DNA of 64,000 nucleotides from Chlamydiales bacterium (lineage in GTDB: Bacteria; Chlamydiota; Chlamydiia; Chlamydiales; JAAZZY01): contig CBDBKM010000008.1 of assembly GCA_965206695.1 (NCBI GenBank), positions 64,001-128,000 of the forward strand, read 5' to 3'. Every line of letters starts with the position of its first letter. The stretch's first letter is position 1. Made by a program: the position numbers and the translations under genes. The notes beneath the pieces are model-generated. The model ran no database searches. It had not been told where the DNA came from and saw only the letters and a program-made list of their open reading frames with translations. Positions 52,318-61,140 of the stretch are shown in pieces.

Positions 52318-53634
52318 ATGTCTAAGCATCTTAAATTAGCTATTGTAGGTAGGCCTAATGTAGGCAAATCGGCTCTCTTTAATCGTATCTGCGGAAGACG
52401 TATTGCCATCGTTGATGAGGCCGAAGGTGTGACCCGAGATCGTTTATATAAAGAAGTTGTCTTAATGGATAGACCCTGTCAGTTGATTGACACAGGTGGT
52501 GTTAATGCTCAATCAAAAGCGGTCTTTAATCAAGAAATAAAAGAACAAGCGGAATTAGCTATTGCTGAAGCAGATGCTTGTATTTTAGTTGTCGATGCGA
52601 TTGTTGGACTAACGGATCCGGATTTAGAAGTTGGACGCATGCTTTTGAAAGCAAAGAAGCCTCTTTGTGTAGCGGTTAATAAAGTAGATGATCCAAGTAA
52701 AGAAGTCTTAGTACATCAGTTCTATCAATTAGGTATTCAAGATATGGTACCTGTATCAGCAGCACATGGATTAAATATGGCTACTTTAATCCAAATTATC
52801 TTGGATAAAACCCCGGTAATAGAAGAAGGGTATGATACCGTAGATCATGCGAAGGTAGCTATCGTTGGAAAAACGAATGTGGGTAAGTCGACCTTGATTA
52901 ATAAGTTGTTAGATGACACAAGATGTATTGTCAGCCCAATTCCCGGTACAACAAGAGATAGTATTGATGTCAGTATTGAAGCTGATGGAGTTCCTTATAC
53001 CTTTATTGATACAGCAGGTATTAGACGCAAGCATAGTGAATTAGAAGTTGTGGATAAGTTCGCTACTATACGTACGGCAAAAGCCATTGAAAGAGCAGAT
53101 GTTTGTTTGATGATGTTGGATGCGATAAGCGGTGTTAGTCATCAGGATAAAAAAATATTAAATATGATAGAAGAAGCCGGAAAGGGCTGTATTATCATCT
53201 TTAATAAGTGGGATCTCATCAAAGAACATCGCATGGAGCATCTTCTGCAAGCTGTTAGACAAGAGTGCCCTTTTGTCAACCATTGCCCTATCTTAATTAT
53301 TTCTGCTTTGCAGGGAAAACATTTAGATAAGATCTTTACTCAGATTGAAGTGGTATATAGAGAAGGAAATCGTACTGTTAATACTGCTAAACTTAATCAA
53401 TTTCTTGTGGATGCACAGATAAAACATCATCCACCGATGTTAAAGGGTAGGCGTCTTAGAATTTACTATATGACTCAGTTCCAAACACAGCCACCGCAAT
53501 TTCTTTTATTTTTGAATAAAAAAGACAATATGACCAAAACGTACTTGAAATATTTATATAATCAGTTTCGTCTAACTTTTGGTTTTATAGGGAATCCTGT
53601 TAAGTTTATTCTAAAAGGCAAGAAGTCTACTTAG
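52318..53634 (+). CDS. der: Ribosome biogenesis GTPase Der/EngA
   Basis: Tandem G-domains (GRPNVGKS, DTGG, NKVD; GKTNVGKS, DTAG, NKWD) and a KH-like C-terminus. Confidence 0.97.
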   Translation: MSKHLKLAIVGRPNVGKSALFNRICGRRIAIVDEAEGVTRDRLYKEVVLMDRPCQLIDTGGVNAQSKAVFNQEIKEQAELAIAEADACILVVDAIVGLTDPDLEVGRMLLKAKKPLCVAVNKVDDPSKEVLVHQFYQLGIQDMVPVSAAHGLNMATLIQIILDKTPVIEEGYDTVDHAKVAIVGKTNVGKSTLINKLLDDTRCIVSPIPGTTRDSIDVSIEADGVPYTFIDTAGIRRKHSELEVVDKFATIRTAKAIERADVCLMMLDAISGVSHQDKKILNMIEEAGKGCIIIFNKWDLIKEHRMEHLLQAVRQECPFVNHCPILIISALQGKHLDKIFTQIEVVYREGNRTVNTAKLNQFLVDAQIKHHPPMLKGRRLRIYYMTQFQTQPPQFLLFLNKKDNMTKTYLKYLYNQFRLTFGFIGNPVKFILKGKKST

Positions 53635-53648
53635 TGAGAAGAAGAGAC

Positions 53649-56600
53649 TTACTGAGTCGGCTCGACATGCACAAACTGCAAAAGTTGGATCAGATCCCCA
53701 CGACTAAAGACTTTCATTTGTTCATGTCCCTCAGTTGTTACGATTGCTTCCATCAATTCCCCTTTGCTTTCTATAATCTTATGGATGCGTTCTTCTAATG
53801 TACCTTTTGTCACCAATTTAAAGACTTGAACCCCTCGTTTTTGACCCATCCGATGTACACGGTCAGTCGCCTGATTTTCTCTGGCAGCATTCCACCAACG
53901 ATCATAATGAATAACGATAGAGGCTGCTGTTAAATCAACTCCTAGGCCGACAGCTTTTAAAGAGCCTACGAATACCTCACAATTGGGATCTTTATTAAAT
54001 CGCTTGAGTTGTTCTGCTCGGTTGGTAGTATTACCTCTAATTGAAGCAAATCCTATATTTTTTTCCCTTAGATACCGTTCAATGATATCTAACATAGATA
54101 GATACTGAGAAAAGACGACGATTTTTTGTTGGCTTTCTCTAGCTTCATTAAGAAGTTCGATAAACAGATCCCATTTTCCTGATTGGTATTTCTGATAGTT
54201 ATCAATATCTTTATTTAAACAAGCAGGATGATTACAGATTTGTTTTAACAGAGATAGCAGGGCAAAAATATGAATAAAAGGGATAGATTTTTTCTCATCT
54301 TCTAATTCGTGGATGAGTTTTTCACGAGATTGGTTGAGGTGATCATGATAGAGATGTCGCTGCTCTTGAGATAGTTCACAATGAGAAATTTCAATGGTTT
54401 TTTCCGGTAATTCTTCTAATACTTCTGTTTTCTTTCTTCTCAAAATAAAGGGCTTTATAAAGCGTTTGAGTAATTCTTTTTGATTAGGGTCATTCTCTCT
54501 TTCGATAGGCAGAACAAAAAGTTTACGAAAATTTTCATCACTAGGCATATAGCCGGGAAGGGTAAGGTCAAATAGCGTTTTAAGTTCTCTTAGAGAATTT
54601 TCAATCGGTGTACCGGTTAGTCCTAATCGCATTTTCGCTTTTACCTTAGACAAGGCCATAAAGGTTTGACTACGATGATTTTTAGCTACTTGAATTTCAT
54701 CAAGAATGGCTAAAGTAAAAGATAAGGGAATAATAGATTTTTGATCTAATCTCAAAATACCGTATGAAGTCAGAAGGACATCGTATTTTTGGGCAAAAGG
54801 TTTTAAGCTACGGTTCAAACCATGATAGACTAAAATGCGCATTTTAGGAAAAAAGCGTTCCAGTTTATCTTGCCAATGATAAATCACAGAAGTTGGGCAG
54901 ACAATCAGAAACTTTTTTTTGATTCTTTTCGATCGTGGTGTCTCATCAGAAGAGACTTTTTGGGTTTGTGTGTCTTGTTTAATAGCTGCCATAAGAGCCA
55001 TGGTTTGATGGGTTTTACCAAGTCCCATATCATCGCATAATATTCCGGAGAGACCATAGTTATAAAGAAACCATAACCAGCTAAGGCCTATATGTTGATA
55101 AGGACGGAGTTTTCCTTTTAGCCCTTTTGTAATAGGCGGGGTAGGGGTCTGAAAATTACGAAGAGCAGCTAAGAGATTTTGGCCGGAACCAATGCTATCT
55201 CCTCTTAAACCTTCTAGAGCATCTAAACGGATTAGTTCTAAAGTTGAAAGGCGTACACGATGATTCTCATAATCTAATTGCGGTGGTTTCAATTGCCTTA
55301 GCCAATCAAAATGAGGGGTGGCAAGGGAGATGAGTCCACCATCTGAAAAGAGGAAGGGCTTATTTTGTTTTAAAGCTTCATACAATTCGATAATGTCAAT
55401 GCTGCCGTTATTTGTTTTATATTCCAGGTGTAAACTTAAATAGTGGTAATCAGAGAGGTTTTCTTCCTTGATACCTTTCATAACAAGGTGCATATAGTGA
55501 GGTTTTTTTAAACAAGGGTCAATATAGGAGGTATATCCGGCAAGATTACTTAATTCATAATTAATGAAATTATGTAGATTTGCTTTGCTTATGAGAGTCG
55601 TTTTTCGATATTGTGCAGGTAAGCGAATTTCCGGAGGCAGTTCATAAAAACCATTTTTTTGAATATAAATATAATCTTCAAAAATTTTAACTTTCTTAAC
55701 TTCATATTCCGGGAAAAAGGCATACTCCGGGGTAATGATCACTTGCTCTTTATCATCTAAGATAATTCTGAGGCCTGTTTTAGAAATGGGGCATTTGTTG
55801 CTAAAGAAATCAGGGACTTGTTCTAAATCATCATAATTTATTTTGATAAAAATAGGGATTTCATTTTTTTTAACTTTTACTCCGGCACGAACGGGAAGTC
55901 CGGATTTTCCATGGAATTTAGAATAAAATCCTTGTCCTTCTACATAAATCCATTCACCAAAATCGCATGTTAATGTTGATTCGGATGATAAATCCGTATA
56001 GCTGGTAAAGGATAGGGTATCATTTTCATCTAAGCTATAAGATAAATGAGATTCGATATGCATCAGGTATGTTTCAAACCCTTTTTGAGCATTTAACCAA
56101 AATCGGTATTGGTTGATGAATTCTGAGACGCGATCTTTTCCAATTGTCTTTTCAGAGAAATCAAATATAGGGTTTTCCAGGCGATAGAAACCATCATCTT
56201 CTAAGTACACCCAATGTCCGAAATGACTTGAATATAAACTTTGTAAATCGCCGGGTGTGAAGATATAACAATTTAAATGCAGGTTCCACTTTTCATCAAA
56301 TGCAATATGATAGGACGGTTTTACCGGAAAAGGATGGATAGGATTATTTTTCAAGTATTTTTGAAAAAGATCTCGGTGTGCTTCTAAAGCCTGATCGATT
56401 TCATTATAGGGGATATGTTCTTTCGAAGAAAAACAAGGTCTTTTTATCGGGAAAAAACCTGTATCCGAGACAAAAATCCAATCACCTATTTGATAAGATT
56501 CATTTGCATCAGAGTTTCTAATAGGAGTAGGTTTCTTAGATTTACTATCATCATTCATATGGAGGTGAAGGCACCGTTTTTTTTTATCATAAGAAATAGA

Positions 56601-57419
56601 TTCAATATCATCATCACCATCTAAATGAAGGGGTAATGGAGAATCAAGATTTGCCAGAGAGGGAATAATAAACGGTAAGTTAGCACTAGAAAGGTAAAAT
56701 CCAAGATTTAATTCATGTGTAAAAGTAATATGAATATAATTTGGGAGTTTATTTTCGGCAAAAGAGAAAGAAATGGAATAAGGATCTTTATTTTCTTGTT
56801 TAAGCATAAGATACTTAGCTAGATCTGACCAAAAGGAGAGCTCATATCTTAATGATTCACTTGGCCGACCTTCTCTCCAAAGAGTGAGTTCTTCTTGGGG
56901 TAAATTGGAAAATTTAAGAGATGTTTGTTCTGTTTCTACTTGTCTGTTTTCAATAATACTACTTAAGAATTCTTGAGATTTATCTGACAGTGCTTTGATA
57001 TAGAGGAGCTTTTTATTTGTATTAGAATAGCAAGTGTATGTCTGATCTTCCTCTTTTTGGAGTATATCGGTTTCATAGCCTTGACTTTTGGCAAAAATAG
57101 AAGCTAATTTATTCCATAAGGAATGATTAAATCGAATATGTAAAGGTTTTTTATTTCCCCGGAAAATATATAGAATAGCTGCGGCTAAATGTTCACAATA
57201 GGGGCTCTCATCTTCTTGGATACAAGTACAAAAGCAGTCAGAAATTTCAGAATTTTCTTCATTAAATTGGATAAAAGGCCAAAATTCTTTATCATTTTGT
57301 AAGTCAAGTATTTGAATTTGATAGGTTTGAGAAGAAAAAGTGACTTCTCCAATTCGTTTTTTTTGAAGATATTCGATTGCTTTAGCTTTAAAGCCTCGTA
57401 TAATCTCATCGCTATTCAC
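53649..57419 (-). CDS. SWIM zinc-finger SNF2-family helicase
   Basis: N-terminal CFCTC...CEH; LCDDMGLGKT, LDEIQ, LTGTPIEN and DRWWN...QATDRVHRMGQ. Confidence 0.95.
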   Translation of the reverse strand: MNSDEIIRGFKAKAIEYLQKKRIGEVTFSSQTYQIQILDLQNDKEFWPFIQFNEENSEISDCFCTCIQEDESPYCEHLAAAILYIFRGNKKPLHIRFNHSLWNKLASIFAKSQGYETDILQKEEDQTYTCYSNTNKKLLYIKALSDKSQEFLSSIIENRQVETEQTSLKFSNLPQEELTLWREGRPSESLRYELSFWSDLAKYLMLKQENKDPYSISFSFAENKLPNYIHITFTHELNLGFYLSSANLPFIIPSLANLDSPLPLHLDGDDDIESISYDKKKRCLHLHMNDDSKSKKPTPIRNSDANESYQIGDWIFVSDTGFFPIKRPCFSSKEHIPYNEIDQALEAHRDLFQKYLKNNPIHPFPVKPSYHIAFDEKWNLHLNCYIFTPGDLQSLYSSHFGHWVYLEDDGFYRLENPIFDFSEKTIGKDRVSEFINQYRFWLNAQKGFETYLMHIESHLSYSLDENDTLSFTSYTDLSSESTLTCDFGEWIYVEGQGFYSKFHGKSGLPVRAGVKVKKNEIPIFIKINYDDLEQVPDFFSNKCPISKTGLRIILDDKEQVIITPEYAFFPEYEVKKVKIFEDYIYIQKNGFYELPPEIRLPAQYRKTTLISKANLHNFINYELSNLAGYTSYIDPCLKKPHYMHLVMKGIKEENLSDYHYLSLHLEYKTNNGSIDIIELYEALKQNKPFLFSDGGLISLATPHFDWLRQLKPPQLDYENHRVRLSTLELIRLDALEGLRGDSIGSGQNLLAALRNFQTPTPPITKGLKGKLRPYQHIGLSWLWFLYNYGLSGILCDDMGLGKTHQTMALMAAIKQDTQTQKVSSDETPRSKRIKKKFLIVCPTSVIYHWQDKLERFFPKMRILVYHGLNRSLKPFAQKYDVLLTSYGILRLDQKSIIPLSFTLAILDEIQVAKNHRSQTFMALSKVKAKMRLGLTGTPIENSLRELKTLFDLTLPGYMPSDENFRKLFVLPIERENDPNQKELLKRFIKPFILRRKKTEVLEELPEKTIEISHCELSQEQRHLYHDHLNQSREKLIHELEDEKKSIPFIHIFALLSLLKQICNHPACLNKDIDNYQKYQSGKWDLFIELLNEARESQQKIVVFSQYLSMLDIIERYLREKNIGFASIRGNTTNRAEQLKRFNKDPNCEVFVGSLKAVGLGVDLTAASIVIHYDRWWNAARENQATDRVHRMGQKRGVQVFKLVTKGTLEERIHKIIESKGELMEAIVTTEGHEQMKVFSRGDLIQLLQFVHVEPTQ

Positions 57420-57514
57420 TTGAAAGACCTATTTTTAAATGAAAACACTACCCTTTCCTTAAAATAACAAATCAAATCGTTTTCCGGAACTATTCAGAGA
57501 AAAAATTTTAGGTC

Positions 57515-58453
57515 TATAGTCATTTAATTTTATATTGATAAGATTGCTTGATCAATGGCGAATTTAAAATTCGTAACTTTTCGTAATATCTCTCTAACTT
57601 TATTTTTCATATTAGCCCAATATTTTTCTATAGGATTTAAGTCCGGAGAATAGGGAGGAAGAAACATAAGCTTACAACCGGCAGATTCTACTGTTTTCCT
57701 GCTTTCCGCTGACTTGTGAAAACCGGCATTGTCAAGAATAAGAACACTACCGGGTGTAAGCTGAGGAGTCAAAACTTCCTTAAGCCAAATATTGAATAAC
57801 CCGGTATTACAAGTACCTTCAAAACACATTGGAGATAAAAACTGCCCTTTAGATAGGGCTGAAATAATATTTTGCCTTATAAAGCGGTTTCCTGAAACCG
57901 CTCCAAAAACTTTTTTGCCGCGTAAGCTTCTTCCGGACTCACGAAATAAAAATTGATGAATCCCGGTTTCATCGAGATAAATTCTCTTGTCAAAGGGAAT
58001 ATTTTTTAAATCTTTCATAAAAGCTTCCCGTTTCTTTTCATCTCTTTCCTTATAGCGAGTAGTTTTTTTTTTCGTGTAATTTTTAATCTTTTAAGGGCAT
58101 AAAAAATCGTTTGCGGAGTGACTGAAAAATAATCAGCAATTTCCGATAAAAAATAATCCGGATGTTTTTCTACATATTTAGATAACAACTCATCATCTAA
58201 TTTCTTATAAGCATATTTTCTGCGGATTGGCTTTAAATGTCCTTTTTGCTTTTTTTGCAAGATCCATCGATATATTGTTGCGATACCTACTTGAAAAATA
58301 TGGCCGGCTGTTTTTTTATCATGATGTTTTTCTATATGTTGTAATACTTTCTCTCGAAGATCTACTGAATAGGCTCTAGGCATTGTTTTGTCCTTACTGT
58401 TTGTATAAAAAAAGAAGGATAACATATTATCAAATAAAAATTAAAATACTATA
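57515..58453 (-). mobile_element. IS630-family element, copy D (apparently intact)
   Basis: TA-flanked TIRs; both ORFs intact; shares the CCC Pro codon in LPPYS with copy C where A and B have CCA. Confidence 0.96.
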
Positions 58454-59580
58454 ATCCTCCATTTCTTTTTACAAAACCTATGATGACTTTCTCTGGCATA
58501 TCTTGATATGTTTCATTTAAAAATGAATGATCGAAAAATTTTAGAGCATATATTGCGGGTTTTAATACGTGTACGGTCCCTTGTTTTTCGGCAATGACCC
58601 TTTTTTATCAAGATTAGGAATAAACTTATCATTATTACTAAGAAAATGTGTGATAAAATCGCACAAAAATTTACAAATGTACTTACCGGGAGCGACAGCT
58701 GCCACCTCAACTCTTTTTCTCATCTCTTTGGGAAGTAGGTATAATGCGTTATTAGTATGTGCTGTCCCTTGGCTATGACAAATAATTAACACTTTTGAAT
58801 TGTCAGGATGAGCATTGCAGTAAGTTCTGACTTCTTCTACTAAGATTTGTGTAGGTCTCGCCGCTATACCCCTCCTATTTTTGTTCCATTCTAATGTGTC
58901 ATTCACAAAGTTATGAGAGGCATTATGAACCCCTGTGACATTTGCACCATCAGCATATAGAGATATCTTTTCAGAAGCCTCTTTTGAATTTTTTAAAGAA
59001 TTTTTCATGCCATTAATATAAATGATCTTACCATTTTTTAATTCTTTATCCCCTACCTTATATACTGAAGACATGACAAAGTTTTCTCTTGTCCTATCTT
59101 TTCCAAGAACATGCGTGAGCATTTTTGGCATGCCAATCACTTGAATGATTCCGAAAGTTTTCTTCACTATCAAACTTCTGTACAATAGTTAACTCTTACA
59201 TCCTTTCAACCGTTTCATAAATAAGTTGAGGATATGGTGAGCAATCAGTAAATACCTGTTGTAGTTCAGTTGGCCTTTTATCCCAAACGTTCTCATTTAA
59301 AGATAAGGTAGGATCAAATAATGAGGAATTTCCAAGTAATATATTTTGATTAGATTCTACCTCTATACCATCTAACCGTTTATTAAACTCATCCATTGGT
59401 AAAGCTTCTGAAATAGCAGAATCTTTAAAAGGATTTTTGAAGTTATCTAGAGCACTATTCGTTGAAATAGGTAATACATTTTCTTGAGTGGATATTATTG
59501 GATTACCAAATGAACTTTGTAATAGAGGACCTATAAAGTCTTTATCAAAAGGATTATCTATTTTAACTGAGTCTAAACGT
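58452..59580 (-). pseudogene. Alpha/beta-hydrolase (lipase-like, DUF687-like) toxin/effector gene, frameshifted
   Basis: IYINGMKNS...ICHSQG nucleophile elbow. The C-terminus with FFDHSF continues in another frame (VIAEKQGTVHVLKP...RNGGL) up to the IS630 TA. Upstream fragments extend to about 59580. Confidence 0.7.
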
Positions 59581-59679
59581 TATAAATAGCCTCAGAACCT
59601 CCTAAAAACATACAATTAAAATCCAATCCAACCTTTTGCATTTCTCAATCCTAAAAACTTGTTAGATCAAAACAGTCTC

Positions 59680-59783
59680 TTATTATAAAACTTATCAAAA
59701 TAAATGAAAAATAAGTTTAGACAATCAGTGAGTTTTAAAGTGAGTTTTAAAAAATATTATCAATTCAGTTATGCAGAAGTCTT
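59680..59783 (-). repeat. Partial inverted copy of the 7300 MITE-like element
   Basis: Reverse complement matches about 7300-7391, with a short internal duplication. Confidence 0.85.
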
Positions 59784-59873
59784 AAAACAAACCTCATTAA
59801 TTTAGTGGTGAGAGCTGTCAATTAAGATAAAGCCCACTATTATTTTAAATATGAAAAATATTTTGAATATGCG

Positions 59874-60185
59874 TTAAGACTGACGCACGAAATACGTGCT
59901 TGTGATAGATATTATATTTCCAAGCCTTCCCGGTCGAGCCCTCCTTGCACGCACGTTCGGTCTTGCACCGGTTGCCCTTACCGCAGCTCTTACTGCATCC
60001 GTTTCCCTTACTTCAGCCCTTATTGTTTCATTCCTTCTTGCGTATGCCTCTTGCCCCATTGCTACAACGCGATGCAATACCGAAGCAACGACCTCTTGAT
60101 CACGGAGTACAGGTATTGGACCTGCTTCCTCATTATGAGGAAGAAGTGGCGAAGATGGCGAGCGCCCACTGTTAAAAATACTCAT
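59874..60185 (-). CDS. Orphan effector-like small protein, probably truncated
   Basis: MSIFNSGRSPSSPLLP N-terminus, Arg/Ala-rich; 3' end runs into IS701-like debris at 59827-59895. Confidence 0.5.
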   Translation of the reverse strand: MSIFNSGRSPSSPLLPHNEEAGPIPVLRDQEVVASVLHRVVAMGQEAYARRNETIRAEVRETDAVRAAVRATGARPNVRARRARPGRLGNIISITSTYFVRQS

Positions 60186-60544
60186 AATATACCCTTATAA
60201 TTATATAGTTATTATGCGCTTTATTTGTTAAGTTTGTATTAAAAATCATTATTTACTAAACAATCAAGAACCGGGCAATTAATAGTTCAAGCGGGAAAAA
60301 TCAGGGTGTTTAATCAGTATATCGTCTAAACTTCGTTTCTTTTTTCTTCCACTCAGAATTTTTCTGTGTTTAATCGATGTATTTAATATGAATATCATTC
60401 TATCGAATATTAATTTTTTATACCTGTTAAACGATAAAATTGTTCATCATTCAAAGTACAAATTTTTTCAAATTTCATGATACAAATCTACTTTTAAAAT
60501 AGGTTACTATAATCAAAAATTTAATTTCGAAAGAAGTCTAATGA

Positions 60545-61127
60545 CCGAAGGTACATGAGTAGACGCCGGCTTTATTCACAATCTAGAAACATCCTCTGTC
60601 AAAGAACATGACTCACAATCCTTTCCCTCTCTATTACCCGGTAAGGAAATATCTGTCTTTAGAGATAAAGCTTATGCGAATAATAATAACAAGAGGCTAG
60701 AGGCTAGAGGCTAGAGGCTAGAGATACCGGTGTTTATTGGGGAGTGTATTCGATAAAGCAAAGCCTGATCATCCCTTATCGCATAAACAACCTATTCGCA
60801 ACCGACGTTAGGCAAAGATACAAGCTCAAGTGACGTTCCTTATTCCAAGTGATTAAGCATCAATAGGGCTATTATCAAGCTCGTTATAAGCGATTAAGAA
60901 AAAACACCTCACAGATTTTTATGTTATGCACCCTCTATCACTTCTTTCAAGTCAGGAAAAAAATGATTCTAAATTCTGTCTAACCGGACCCTTATTGTTA
61001 ATAAGAATCAAATAATTATTTTAAATTCGGCAAAAACCCAATATTTGACCAAGAAAATCTTGTTAAATACCAAATCCTTCTTTTTTAAACTCTGCTCTTT
61101 AAAAAAACCTTATTAATCAGATGTTCC
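60545..61127 (+). mobile_element. Degenerate IS5-family 3' remnant
   Basis: Fragments HDSQ, DKAYA and ARYKRLRKN with stops and shifts; 4 x agaggct microsatellite near 60692-60723; end ttaatcagatgttcc. Confidence 0.7.
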
Positions 61128-61140
61128 TAAAGTATCTTGC

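Noticed and set aside
60692..60723. Heptamer repeat agaggct x4 as a phase-variation switch
   Set aside because: It lies within a multiply disrupted transposase pseudogene with no intact product to switch.
60545..61127. This IS5 remnant as the missing 3' half of the IS5 at 29716
   Set aside because: It is far more degraded, has a different terminal sequence, and does not abut an IS630 end.
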